64,000 nucleotides of DNA. Source: Candidatus Latescibacterota bacterium. Its GTDB lineage: Bacteria; Latescibacterota; UBA2968; UBA8231. The stretch covers positions 768,001-832,000 of the forward strand of contig OZ253462.1 in the NCBI GenBank assembly GCA_965261395.1, written 5' to 3'. Under the pieces are notes generated by a model. That model was given only the letters and a program-made list of their open reading frames with translations. It did no database searches and was not told where the DNA came from. How positions within the stretch are numbered: position 1 is the first letter of the stretch; each line of letters starts with the position of its first letter. Made by a program: the position numbers and the translations under genes. Below are positions 27,005 to 37,420 of the stretch, in pieces.

Positions 27005-27730
27005 ATGAGCGAACGTGCCAATAGCCTTGGGCAACCGATCAGCTTCGCACTGCTAGGTTGGACGCCACCACCCACTCCGCCGAGAGAATGCATGGAAGGT
27101 CGCTTCTGTCGGTTGGAACCTCTTCAAGCTGATAGCCATCTTGACGACCTGTATCAGGCCAATGCCTTTGATGCGGAAGGCAAGAATTGGACCTACTTGG
27201 CATACGGCCCGTTCTCCGACAAAGACAGCTATCGGGCCTGGATGAACAAGACGTGCCTAGGCGACGATCCACTGTTCTTTGCTATCGTAGACAAGAGTGT
27301 TGAGTCAGCAGGTGGTGTCGCGAGCTATCTCAACATCGCACCTGCAAGCGGTGCTATTGAGGTGGGGCACATCCACTATTCCCCGCAGCTACAGCGAACG
27401 CCTTTGGCCACCGAGGCCATGTACCTCATGATGAAGCAGGCATTCGAATTGGGCTATCGACGCTATTCGTGGAAGTGCGACAGCCTAAACCAAGCATCGC
27501 GGGCGGCCGCCCAACGCCTGGGATTTTCGTTCGAGGGAATTTTTCGCCAAGCAACGGTCTATAACGGGCGCAATCGAGACACCGCCTGGTACGCAGCCAT
27601 TGATGCGGAGTGGCCGGAGCTGGAGCAAGCCTTCCTGACTTGGTTAGCCCCAGACAATTTTGACGACCAAGGCGAGCAGCGATTACGCCTCTCAGACCTC
27701 ACCCGGCCTATTCTTAAAAAGACACATTAA
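27005..27730 (+). CDS. GNAT acetyltransferase (RimJ/RimL-like)
   Basis: GRFCRLEPL, WTYLAYGP, IEVGHI, GYRRYSWKCDSLN...AAQRLGFSFEGIFRQ, RNRDTAW. Confidence 0.9.
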   Translation: MSERANSLGQPISFALLGWTPPPTPPRECMEGRFCRLEPLQADSHLDDLYQANAFDAEGKNWTYLAYGPFSDKDSYRAWMNKTCLGDDPLFFAIVDKSVESAGGVASYLNIAPASGAIEVGHIHYSPQLQRTPLATEAMYLMMKQAFELGYRRYSWKCDSLNQASRAAAQRLGFSFEGIFRQATVYNGRNRDTAWYAAIDAEWPELEQAFLTWLAPDNFDDQGEQRLRLSDLTRPILKKTH

Positions 27731-27889
27731 TCTAACGTCGCCCAGCCTTGCGACGAGAGCCCGGACGGCTGGGGCGAATGCTGGAGGACAGCTTTAACTA
27801 AGCGGGCATCGGCTGGCTGTGGCAGCGGCGTCCGCGTCGCCGAAGAGCGTCCCCGCGGCCATGGCGTCGGCATGGAAGCGACGGTGGAC

Positions 27890-28057
27890 CGCTTCTTGGC
27901 CGGGCTAGCCCAATGGGGCAAAAGTTCGACCGGTTGGTTTTGCGGGTTCAAGCTGCATATAGTCTTCAATCTCATCGGGGGATTAATTGCCTATTGCCAC
28001 CAACCCTAAAAACCGAGGACCCACGCCAAGTAGAGGCCCCTTAACCCGAACTCATGT
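27890..28057 (+). mobile_element. Internally deleted IS982 remnant with right end
   Basis: [24 protein letters not shown] is joined to [14 protein letters not shown]; ends cccttaacccgaactcatgt versus cccttaaaccgaactcacgt in the intact element. Confidence 0.85.
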
Positions 28058-28064
28058 TTTTTTA

Positions 28065-28110
28065 TAGTGAAATGGGACCCCAATTTGAGGTTTGAGGTCC
28101 CATTTCACTA
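28065..28110. terminator. 15-bp perfect inverted repeat just downstream of the large surface-protein gene
   Basis: tagtgaaatgggacc ... ggtcccatttcacta; no U-tract on the minus strand, so a terminator role is uncertain. Confidence 0.5.
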
Positions 28111-31100
28111 ACTCGCTGTGCAGTAGATGGTTTACTTGAGCAACAGCATCTTCTTGACTTCGTGGAACTCACCGCCTGCCTCCAAGCGGTAGAAGTACAT
28201 CCCCGACGCCAAGCTATGTCCGCTGCCGTTGGTCGCGTCCCACTCCACGACGTAGCGACCGGCGCTCTGATGCTCCGCAACCAGCGTCCGCACCGGCTGA
28301 CCCACTACATTGTAAACGGTCAGTTCCACGTCCGCCGCCTGCGGCAACGCATACTTGATCGTCGTCGCCGGGTTGAACGGGTTCGGATAGTTGTTGGCCA
28401 ACGCGAACGCTTCCGGCCGCGTCTGCAACTGCACCGGAGCCGGCAACACCAGACGGTTGAAGCCAAACTCGCTGTCATACGTCTGGCTGTCGGTGATCTC
28501 GATGACCGTGTTCTCGATCTCCGTCGTCGCGCGGAAGACCAAGCTCAGCGGCACTTCGCCTTCGGAGACCACGTCCCCGTGGGCGATCACCGTCAAGACA
28601 CCGGCTTCGTCAGAAAGCACCTGCGGCGTAGCGAACACGCTTCCACCTAGCGGCTGATCGGTCAGCACCTCGACGAACTCCAGCTTGTCAGTCTCATACT
28701 GCACCTGCAAGCCGTAGCCCTTCACCGCGACAAAGTCCGCCAAACGCACGTCGAGGACAAAGTCCTCACCCACGATGGGCATGGCTGTCCGCGCGTTCAG
28801 ATACATCCGCGCATCCGCATTCAGGCCAGCGAGCATGGGCACGCGCTTGCCAGCACCATTGAACGCGCCAAACAACGCGCCCAAGTCGCCGAAGTCCAGC
28901 ATCGGGTTGACCGTGATGGAGAAGGTCAATTCGGTGGTGGCACCTTCGCTGTCGGTCGCCGTGTAGGTGACCTCGACGGCTCCATCGGTGGCCGCTTCGG
29001 GCGTGCCCGAAAGCGTCCGCGTGGCCGGGTCAAACGACAGGCCCGCAGGCAACTCGGAGACGCTGTAGGCGACGTCGCCCGAACCACCCTCAGCTGCCGG
29101 CAGTTCAGCACTCATCTCCGCACCAGCGGTGCCTGCGAGGTCGTCGATCATGGTGCCCTCGGCAAACATAAGGGCCATCATCATGTCGTCTTCTTCCATC
29201 ATCTCGTAGTCGGCGATCGTGACGGTTCCCGTGCCGTCCGCCAAATCCTCGATCACACCATTCAGCGTGATCGTCTCGTTGCCCTCGTCCGCGCTGTCGG
29301 TGGTGGGATCGATGAGCAGAGCGATCGAACCCGAGACCTCGCCAGCCGGAATCGTGAGCAGCGGATTGAACAGCGCCGAGTAGTCCACATCGCGCGTGGC
29401 TTCCGAACCCGGATCAACCGACAGGGTGACCGTCGCGTCGGCGTCCAGCACCTTGCCGTCCAACGTCGCGGTGACCGTCACCGAGGTAACACCGGCGTTC
29501 TCGCTTACCGTGTGCGGGTCGGCCGACAGCGAGATGGACGTGCTAGCGGTTTCGTCGTCGGCGATCGTGATATCCGCCGAGTCCGAACCACCGGAGGCCG
29601 TGGCATGAACACCAAGGACCCTATTGCCGTCCGTATTCTCATTGTTGATGGGCGTGAGGGTCAGCGACGTGGTCGCTTCAGTCGCGCCAGCCGCAATGGC
29701 GACATTGCCATGTAGCTGCGCGGTAAAATCTACGTCGCGGACGGCTTGTATGCCTTCGCTGGGAGCACCAAGCGTGAACCGGATCGTCTCGGCCTCCGGA
29801 GCGGGTCCCGACAAGGTAGCCTTGACCGAGATGGACGCGGTCTCACCGCTTTCGCGGATCGACGTACGGCTCACACTCACGCTTTCGACCGAAACCGTAG
29901 GCGGCGCAGCAGCAACGATGTCGATGGTGAACTTCGTGGCCGCGCCACCTTCGCTGTCCAGTACCGTGTAAACGACTTCGGTCTCTCCGACCCCCGTCGG
30001 CGTACCCGAAATCGTTAGCTCGTCGGCGTCAAACTCCAAACCCGCCGGCAAGTTGTTCGAAACGCTATAGGTGCGGTCGCCTTCACCACCTTCAGCTTCC
30101 GGCAACTCTATGACCTCAATCGCCGTGCCAACCATGCCGTCATAGACCGTAGAAGCCAAGTCAACGTCGAATTTAAGCGCGCCCGGATCTTCCGCTTCCT
30201 CAGCCGCGTCCGCATCTTTCAGCACGATAGCGACGGCACGGACATAAACGGGATCAGCATCGATATTGGTCGTGAACGGATCATTTTTCACCGAACCGAT
30301 CCAGACCTTCTTATCTCCGCCAGCCTTTGCGGTGATGGTAACCGGAATCGAGCCACTGGTCTCACCGGCCAGAATCGTCAGCGAACGAAGGACGGCGGTG
30401 TATTCGGTATCGCGCGTCGCTGGCACATCGTAAGCGGCGTGACCTTCAGGGGGAGTAGCTCCTGCGACGACAACCAAGGTCACTTTCGTGTCCTCTTCAA
30501 AGACGTCGCCGTTTAGGGTTCCGGTTATCGTAACCTCCTGATCACCGGTCTCCGCCTTTATCTCTTTAAGATCGGCATCCAGGTCTATAGTGGTAGTAGC
30601 CGTCTCGTCGTCCGCGATCTTGATACCCGCGAACTTAGAAATCGTTCCTACCTTGGCCTCTACCCGGATAATCTTCGCAAGATCCTTCCCGCTGTTATCG
30701 AAGACGGTCAGATTGAGCGTCGTCGTCTCCTTTGTTGAGCCAGCCGGAATGACGAGATCGTCCACGGTCGCCGTGTAATCGGTTCCACGCGTCGCTTTCT
30801 GCGCATCGGCGGTGAAGGCATCAGGCAGGGAGGTGAGTTCGTCCCGAATAAAGAATCGCACCCGTGCGTCATCCGGTAGAGCGTTCTCCAACTCAATCTT
30901 CAGCTCGACCGACACCTCCCGCGACTCTGCCTCCTGCCCAACAAGGGACTCGCGGATTACGCTGGGCGTAGCCGTCAGGCCCTTAGTAGCAGCAATGGCG
31001 GTGCCCTTGATCTCGAAGTCAATGCCTTCAATCACTAGGAAGTGATGGAGCTTTTTTTCCGTCACTTCCTTTAGGAAACCATCTACCTTACTATCGCCGT

Positions 31101-31839
31101 CTAGGTCAAAACCCTCCGCCACGGAGATGGGTGAGGTTACTGAAGCTTCAGAATACGCCCAGTAACTGTCGCCATCCGGGTCCTCGAAGTCAGCATTAGC
31201 AGGCGCATCCGCACCATCGAGCGACTCTTCGAATGCCTGCTGATCGGCAAAATCATCACTGGTACCGTCGGGATCGTGGTCGGTTGGTTCTAATACTGTG
31301 ATTAGTATTGTTTCATCTGTGACGCCGCTTCCGCGCAAAGGAAAATTTAATGCTTTTACTGTAAGCCCGATTTCTACGCCTGGTGAACCAGGCGCTGCAG
31401 GTGGACCGGTAGTAGGATCACCTGTAGAGGCTGGCCATACATCCCTTGTATCGCCGTCTTGGTTTATGTCGGTACCGGAGACGGATAACGTCACCCGACT
31501 ACTTATCCCGATCCCGATATTACCAGTCCCAGCGTTCTTGGGAGTGATGTTAATCGTCGTACTCCCGTTCGGCTTTTTCCTCGGAATGGTCAGCGTGCTC
31601 AACTCTATATCGTAGTCCGCATCGCGTCCCGCCGCTGGTTTTGGATTTCCATCTTCATCCGTGCCAGGCGCGACTTGTCTCAACAGCAAAGACAGGGTCT
31701 GATCGTTTACCGGCGCTCCATCCAAACGTCCCGTCACCGTGACAGAGGTCTCCTCCGCCTCCTTGCTTATCTCGGCCGGATCAAGCCCGAGCTTGATCTT
31801 ATAGCTCGGCTTGTCGGTGTCGAGCATCGTAATATCAAT

Positions 31840-32945
31840 CTTGAATTCAACTTGTAAGTGCAATCGCTTGGGTAGCTGGCATAGAAAAGGCCAACTGGTA
31901 TATTTTCCCTGGCCATTTCAAACGCAGCTCCCGACGGAGGCGCTTATGGGAACGTATCACCAGTTGACCGAGCATCAAAGATACCAAATTTACGCCCTGA
32001 AGAAAGCCGGGCATGATCAGCAGTCCATCGCGGCGACGGTGGCGGTATCGCCCTCGACGATTTGTCGGGAGTTGCGGCGCAATCAAGGGCAACGCGGCTA
32101 TCGTCCCGGCCAAGCCCATCACAAAGCGTTGGCGCGTCGTCGCCACAAGGCGAAGGCGACCAAGATGACGGCGGCGGTCATCGAGCGCATCGAAGCGGGC
32201 CTGGGTCAGCAGTGGAGTCCAGAGCAGATTGCGGGTCGGCTGGCGACGACCGACGGGTTTCGATTGAGTCCGCAGCGTATCTACCAGCACATCCAGGCGG
32301 ATCGCCAGGCGGGCGGGATGTTGTATCGCCATCTGCGCCACAGTCAGAAGAAACGCAAGAAACGTTATGGAAAAGCCGATGCCCGAGGGCAGATTAAAGG
32401 CCGCATCAGCATGGACCAGCGACCGGCCATCGTGGAGGAAAAAAGTCGCATCGGCGATTGGGAAATCGACTTGGTGATGGGACGTGCACGCACCGGGGCG
32501 CTCGTCTCGGTGGTGGAACGTCGCTCGCGCTATACCGTGCTGGGCAAAGTCCCCTCCAAACAGGCCGAGCACGTAGCGGCGGCCACCATTGCGTTGCTCG
32601 CTGCCCATAAGGGGCATACCCAGACGATTACGGCCGATAACGGCAAGGAGTTTGCCCACCATGCCACGATCAGCCAAGCGTTGGACGCGGCTGTGTATTT
32701 TGCCCATCCCTACCATGCCTGGGAGCGCGGACTCAACGAGAACACCAACGGGCTGATTCGCCAGTATGTGCCCAAAGGGACGGCCTTGGATACGCTGTCC
32801 CAGGCGCAGGTACACCACATCATGGAGCGGCTCAATCATCGACCGCGAAAGGGCTTGGCATTTCAAACGCCGCATGAAATCTTATGCAAGGAAACAGAAG
32901 TTCAACCCAAACATGGCGAAATTGCGCTTACGAGTTGAATCCGCG
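31840..32945 (+). mobile_element. IS30 family insertion sequence
   Basis: Imperfect inverted ends (cttgaattcaacttgtaagtgcaat / attgcgcttacgagttgaatccgcg); 3-bp aat target duplication at 31837-31839 and 32946-32948. Confidence 0.92.
31946..32938 (+). CDS. IS30 family transposase
   Basis: STICRELRRN, WSPEQIAG, GDWEIDLV, TADNGKEFA, WERGLNENTNGLIRQY, LNHRPRK. Confidence 0.96.
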   Translation: MGTYHQLTEHQRYQIYALKKAGHDQQSIAATVAVSPSTICRELRRNQGQRGYRPGQAHHKALARRRHKAKATKMTAAVIERIEAGLGQQWSPEQIAGRLATTDGFRLSPQRIYQHIQADRQAGGMLYRHLRHSQKKRKKRYGKADARGQIKGRISMDQRPAIVEEKSRIGDWEIDLVMGRARTGALVSVVERRSRYTVLGKVPSKQAEHVAAATIALLAAHKGHTQTITADNGKEFAHHATISQALDAAVYFAHPYHAWERGLNENTNGLIRQYVPKGTALDTLSQAQVHHIMERLNHRPRKGLAFQTPHEILCKETEVQPKHGEIALTS

Positions 32946-33597
32946 AATCGTATTAGAAAGATCTCTATCGACCTTTGTCGGGCCAGCATTGCCCCAGAGG
33001 GTGATTATAAGATCGTCGTTGGGGAACCGATCATTTGCCTTGTATGGGTTTTCCCCCGTCGTCACAGTCTCATCATTTTCGTGATTTGTCGGGATGGGGG
33101 TAAAAATGACATCCACCGATTCCTCTTTGGAATCCTTTGGAATCACGATACTGGATAGCACCACAGTGAAGCGACGACCTCGCGCCTCCACCGCATCACG
33201 TCCCCCAATATTGAATACCTGAAGATCACCAGACGGGTTTTGTACATAGATCAAACCCTCTGCACGCAAGAGCACCACCCGCTCCCCATCACCGAACGCC
33301 TCATGTTCTCCACCTACATAAGTCTTGGCTGTCACCTTGATCGTGACCGCACCGCCATCCTCGCGGAACTCTGTCTTGTCCACCGACAGCCGAATTCCAT
33401 CAGCCAACTGCGCCTGCGTTTCCCCGGCCCATCCCAGCACCAAACCAAACGCCAGCAACCAAGGCACATAAGCCAAGCGCCTGATTAACGACTTCGTGTG
33501 TATCATTACTCAACCCTCCCAGGGAAAGCGTCCCTGATTAAAAGTGAGATAAGAAGATGAATCTGCTTTAAGATATTGCGTTCGTGCGTGTTTCATC

Positions 33598-33618
33598 GGT
33601 AGTGCATTCGTTTGAAAT
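33598..33618 (-). repeat. 21-bp ATTTCAAA-N6-CACTACC motif
   Basis: Plus strand ggtagtgcattcgtttgaaat, i.e. atttcaaacgaatgcactacc on the minus strand. Confidence 0.75.
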
Positions 33619-33865
33619 TAAGGTGCGCCACTCCGCTTTACGATGAGTCCTAAGAAACTGTTGAGTTATTAGATGCCTTTAGCGACGGTACCCCTTACTT
33701 AATAATGGCGATACAAATCATGTTCTCCGCGGAACCACCTGGTTCCGTTGGAGTTGACCTGACTTGTGGATTGCCTCGGTTAGAGGCACGGCTCCACCTG
33801 CCTCCGATAAATATACGTTCCAAGCGGTCAGGGAATGTCCGTTGGTCAAAAAAATTCAAATATTA

Positions 33866-33923
33866 ACGTGAGTTCGGGATAAGGTGAGGGACTCCTTTTT
33901 GGCTAAACTTAGGTATGCCCACC
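33866..33923 (+). mobile_element. Orphan IS982 left end
   Basis: acgtgagttcgggataag..gagggactcctttttggctaaactt matches the first ~55 bp of the intact IS982 starting at 35494. Confidence 0.88.
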
Positions 33924-34008
33924 ATACAGCCTAGCCATCAGCGAGATGTTGAACTGCGCGGGAGCCGCTGGTAAGCAGGCCCCCGCAGCTTGGCGTGAGT
34001 CATATTAT

Positions 34009-35187
34009 TCATTGGCAGACAGACAATCCCAGTTGATCGAGGTCATTGTTCAATATCGTGTCCAGACTGGGCGGGATACACCCACTTAACTGATTGCCGG
34101 ACAGAAGCAGGAGGTAAAGGTTGGTCAGTTGGCCTAACGCAGAGGGTATCGAGCCGGTTAAATTGTTGCCGTGCAGGTCCAGACCAATAACGCGTCCCCC
34201 GGCATTGGTGGTTACGCCCTCCCATGTGCCGATAGGTTCATCGCTTCCCCAATTGTGGCCCGTCCAATTACTACCTCCGCCCGTAGCTGCATAGAAGGCC
34301 ATCAGTGCAGGACGATCAGTTTGTTGGGGCTGCTCAGGTTGTTGGGACTGCTCAGGTTGTTGGGACTGCTCAGGTTGTTGGGAAATACCCACCGACCCGG
34401 ATTGAGGTTGAGGTGTAGAATCTCGAACATCACCTGAACAAATGGAATCATCCAAAATGGAATCATCCAAATAAGGCCGGTCGTCCTCGGGCAGGGCGGT
34501 AAGCGTATCGAGCGCCGCAGCACTAAAATTAACCGGCAGGTAGTAGGCGCTTGCATAATACGTGCTGCTTATTTCTACAAGATCGGCCGGTCGCGGCTCA
34601 TTGCGATTGTGCACACTAAGAAAATTGCGGTGGCGCACCGACCCTTCTGCTGCCACAGAGGCGATGGGATACTGCATATCGCCTTCTAACAGAGTATATC
34701 TGGCATTCGGCGTATCTCTATACAAGTAGTTTACATCCCCCCGATAAATACGCACCACCGAGGAATCATGGTCGATAGCCTCGCTCCAGATGCCACACGC
34801 TCCGTCACCCGGGCGGAAACCCGACCGGACTCTCCCAAGATGGGTCGAGGTTTCTGATGCCCAGTATTGCGTCTTACTATTGCTATCTAGATAATGCGAA
34901 AACAGGACGCTGTCGCCGTGGGCTTGGAACCGATAGTCTGATCCGTAGAATACAGTCCACACGGAATCTACTTCCGTATCGCAAGGCCAAGATATGGCAA
35001 GGCATTCGCCAGAGTCCGAACCCACCTGAGCCTTTCCGGCGGGCGGGCTAATGAGCGCTAGCGGATTTTCATAATCTGTACAAGAAAATCCCATGAATGC
35101 TACTAAAAGCAGTAAAATTTTTGTCTTGAAATCGCCTCGGTTTAGAGATTCAGGCAGGATACTTACGGTAAAGACAGTCTTTTTCAA
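34009..35187 (-). CDS. Putative lipoprotein with C-terminal plant-type leucine-rich repeats
   Basis: LLLLVAFMGFSC lipobox-like signal; DRPALMAFYAATGG..W...WEGV...RVIGLDLHGNNLTGSIPSALGQLTNL...GNQLSGCIP. Start uncertain. Confidence 0.8.
   Translation of the reverse strand: MKKTVFTVSILPESLNRGDFKTKILLLLVAFMGFSCTDYENPLALISPPAGKAQVGSDSGECLAISWPCDTEVDSVWTVFYGSDYRFQAHGDSVLFSHYLDSNSKTQYWASETSTHLGRVRSGFRPGDGACGIWSEAIDHDSSVVRIYRGDVNYLYRDTPNARYTLLEGDMQYPIASVAAEGSVRHRNFLSVHNRNEPRPADLVEISSTYYASAYYLPVNFSAAALDTLTALPEDDRPYLDDSILDDSICSGDVRDSTPQPQSGSVGISQQPEQSQQPEQSQQPEQPQQTDRPALMAFYAATGGGSNWTGHNWGSDEPIGTWEGVTTNAGGRVIGLDLHGNNLTGSIPSALGQLTNLYLLLLSGNQLSGCIPPSLDTILNNDLDQLGLSVCQ
34321..34382. repeat. 18-bp tandem repeat (~3.4 copies) encoding the QQPEQS linker
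   Basis: gttgttgggactgctcag repeated. Confidence 0.9.
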
Positions 35188-35493
35188 TTTACTTACCCTT
35201 TAGTTCTAGCTTCGTCGCAAAAAATCGCGAGTAGCCGTTTCATGGTTCGCTCCCGTAGACGGTTGGGAAAAAGGATGTACTGGACTGGAGACCTACTCGA
35301 TAACGTATGTTGATTGAGTGTGTTGAAAAAAATATAACACATTGGGTAAATGTGCAATCTCGTTTTACGTTCGAGTGAATCAAGCATACTAGAGGATTTT
35401 GAACTGTTTTTATCAAGTACCATATATGGTTCCAAGGAACTATATATGGTCCCCTTGCATATTACCATTTTGCCAATTTATATTTGTTAATCA

Positions 35494-36474
35494 ACGTGAG
35501 TTCGGGATAAGCAGAGGGACTCCTTTTTGGCTAAACTTTGGTTTGCCGACCAATGCTCATTCAGCCATCGAGGAGCCCCGCGATGAATTTAGTCGAATTG
35601 TTCTGCCACGTCGATGATTTTTGCCAAGCGTTTGAAGGATCATGGATCCGCCACCAATTAACGACCGGGCACCGGCGTCGGCGTCGTGCTGGTCAACTAT
35701 GTTTGAGCGAGATCATGACGCTATTGATTTGGTTTCATCCGTCCCACTACCGGGATTTCAAAGCCTTCTACCAACACCATGTCTGTAAACACCTACGCGA
35801 CGCATTTCCCGGGTTGGTCCGCTATGGACGCTTTGTCGAGCTGATGCCTTCGACGCTGATTCCGTTATGTAGCTACCTCCGCCAATGCCAAGGAGCCTGC
35901 ACGGGGATCTCGTTTATCGACTCGACGCCGTTGGCCGTATGTAATCCCCATCGGATTCATCAGCATCGGCTTTTCGCTGGCCTGGCGCAGCGGGGCAAAA
36001 GCTCGACGGGTTGGTTTTTCGGGTTCAAACTGCACGTGGTCTTCAATGACCGGGGACAACTGCTCAATCTGGCGCTGACGCCGGGCAATGTCGATGACCG
36101 AAAACCCGTACCCGCTTTGGTTCAAGAGCTGTTTGGCAAGTTATTTGCCGATCGAGGCTACCTATCCAAAGCGCTCTGCCAAAAATTGAGCGCACTCTTT
36201 GATCTCCAGTTGATCACCAAGCTGCGATCCAACATGAAAAATCAACTCCTGCCGATGGCCGATAAACTCCTACTACGCAAACGGGCAATTATCGAAACCA
36301 TCATCGATCAACTCAAAAATATCTCTCAGATCGAACACACAAGACATCGAAGCCCGGTCAACTTTATGGTCAATCTCCTAGGTGGATTGATTGCCTATTG
36401 TCATCAGCCTAAAAAACCGGCCCTAAGAATACAAAAGCTACCCGTATTGAAGACCCCTTAAACCGAACTCACGT
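35494..36474 (+). mobile_element. IS982 family insertion sequence
   Basis: Inverted ends acgtgagttcgg / ccgaactcacgt around the transposase; no direct repeat on its own immediate flanks. Confidence 0.92.
35583..36461 (+). CDS. IS982 family transposase
   Basis: [54 protein letters not shown]. Confidence 0.96.
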   Translation: MNLVELFCHVDDFCQAFEGSWIRHQLTTGHRRRRRAGQLCLSEIMTLLIWFHPSHYRDFKAFYQHHVCKHLRDAFPGLVRYGRFVELMPSTLIPLCSYLRQCQGACTGISFIDSTPLAVCNPHRIHQHRLFAGLAQRGKSSTGWFFGFKLHVVFNDRGQLLNLALTPGNVDDRKPVPALVQELFGKLFADRGYLSKALCQKLSALFDLQLITKLRSNMKNQLLPMADKLLLRKRAIIETIIDQLKNISQIEHTRHRSPVNFMVNLLGGLIAYCHQPKKPALRIQKLPVLKTP

Positions 36475-36530
36475 AACATTAGCTTTTTTTACCTTTTCCG
36501 TAGAGTATTCTGAATAACCCAACGGATTCT

Positions 36531-36590
36531 AAGAGACAGACAAAGAGACAGACAAAGAGACAGACAAAGAGACAGACAAAGAGACAGACA
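36531..36590 (+). repeat. Perfect 12-bp tandem repeat, five copies
   Basis: aagagacagaca at 36531, 36543, 36555, 36567 and 36579. Confidence 0.95.
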
Positions 36591-36962
36591 CAAAATCTCA
36601 CGATTTTTAAAAATAGGGATATATGAGTGATGTGTATACGACGCTTGAGGCTTCTTCGATTCGGCGTCCTTGACGGCCATAGAAGATGGCTTACTATACT
36701 ACATGGCTCCCTAGTCCCTTTCCCTAACCCCTTTCCTAAAGGTGTTGGTAGGGGGTCGCTGGCCTCGTCGATACTTCGCGGCATCGTCGAGGCCTTTTTT
36801 GTGCGCCGGCGGGTCCGGCTATCACTTCGAATATCGTTCTCAGCAGTACAAATGGGCCGCTCCCTCGTCCTGTTCCTTTAGGGCCGCGTGGGACGGCTCG
36901 GCGTGCGATGATGGGTGTGGATCCGCGTTAATCTAGAAGATCGAAGAGTGTGCAGTCCCTTG

Positions 36963-36991
36963 TTATCCCTCGTCCGCGTCCTCTCGGTGCA
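36963..36991 (-). repeat. Diverged duplicate of the symporter gene 3' end and stop
   Basis: 24/29 identical to 38222-38250; reads HREDADEG* versus RRVGADEE*. Confidence 0.7.
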
Positions 36992-36997
36992 GTAAGG

Positions 36998-37420
36998 TCA
37001 GTCGTGAGTTATGATCCTCCACTTCTTCCCCTGCATTGGGATCACATATCCAGATCCTTCAGGCGCTTCCCTGTGCTCCCGAGCCTCGCGCGTAATCTCC
37101 GGCCACCAATGCAGGAAGTGCATAACTTGGGTCCAAATCTTCTTTTCTGGATATTGGCTAGCGAAAAAAAAGGCCGTCAAGCCCGACTCACGCCAAGCAG
37201 CCTTTTCGGCCCGATTTCGAGAAATCCGCATATCACCCGAGATCACGATCCACTCCCCCTCACGGCTTAATGCTTCAAGCCAAGTGACATCCTCTGTCTG
37301 CGGCGCAAAGCGGTCTTTAAGGTGTACTATCGTCCAGTTGTCTCGTTCTGCCTAGTGATCTAGGACGAGCAACGCCGCAGCTAGACGGTGAGAGATGTTG
37401 TTGTCGAGGAAAAACCTCAC
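36998..37420 (-). pseudogene. VapC45-like PIN toxin with an in-frame TAG at codon 23
   Basis: GTG start overlaps the antitoxin stop; MRFFLDNNISHRLA...DH*AERD...EDVTWL...WIVISGD.RI; TAG at 37352-37354. Confidence 0.8.

Larger units (their letters stand above)
28132..33506 (-). pseudogene. Large secreted Ig-repeat surface protein (Calx-beta-like and putative-Ig domains, cohesin-like domain, C-terminal FlgD-Ig/T9SS-type sorting domain), interrupted by IS30
   Basis: Signal peptide at 33506; removing 31840-32948 restores an in-frame 1421-aa ORF (...DLSNTI/DITMLDTDKP...); C-terminus NYPNPFNPATTI...SGMYFYRL...KKMLLLK. Confidence 0.88.

Noticed and set aside
27738-27790. Possible duplicate of the cupin gene 3' end after the GNAT gene
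   Set aside because: Only gacggctgg is shared; the segment is better explained as a hairpin (tcgcccagcc/ggctggggcga).
27827-27846. About 20-bp match to the aspartic-protease remnant near 5624-5643
   Set aside because: Short and GC-rich, and it does not extend on either side.
31847-32875. 342-aa antisense ORF over the IS30, and other long antisense ORFs (e.g. 17244-18197, 39185-39973, 57793-58617)
   Set aside because: Shadow frames of well-supported genes in GC-rich DNA, with no recognisable motifs.
36479-36784. ORFs across the 12-bp repeat as real proteins
   Set aside because: Low complexity created by the repeat; no clear RBS or family motif.
37352-37354. Pyrrolysine or genome-wide amber recoding
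   Set aside because: TAG is used as a normal stop by several genes here (amtB, the RidA gene, the 50377-51510 enzyme) and no pyl genes are present in the window.
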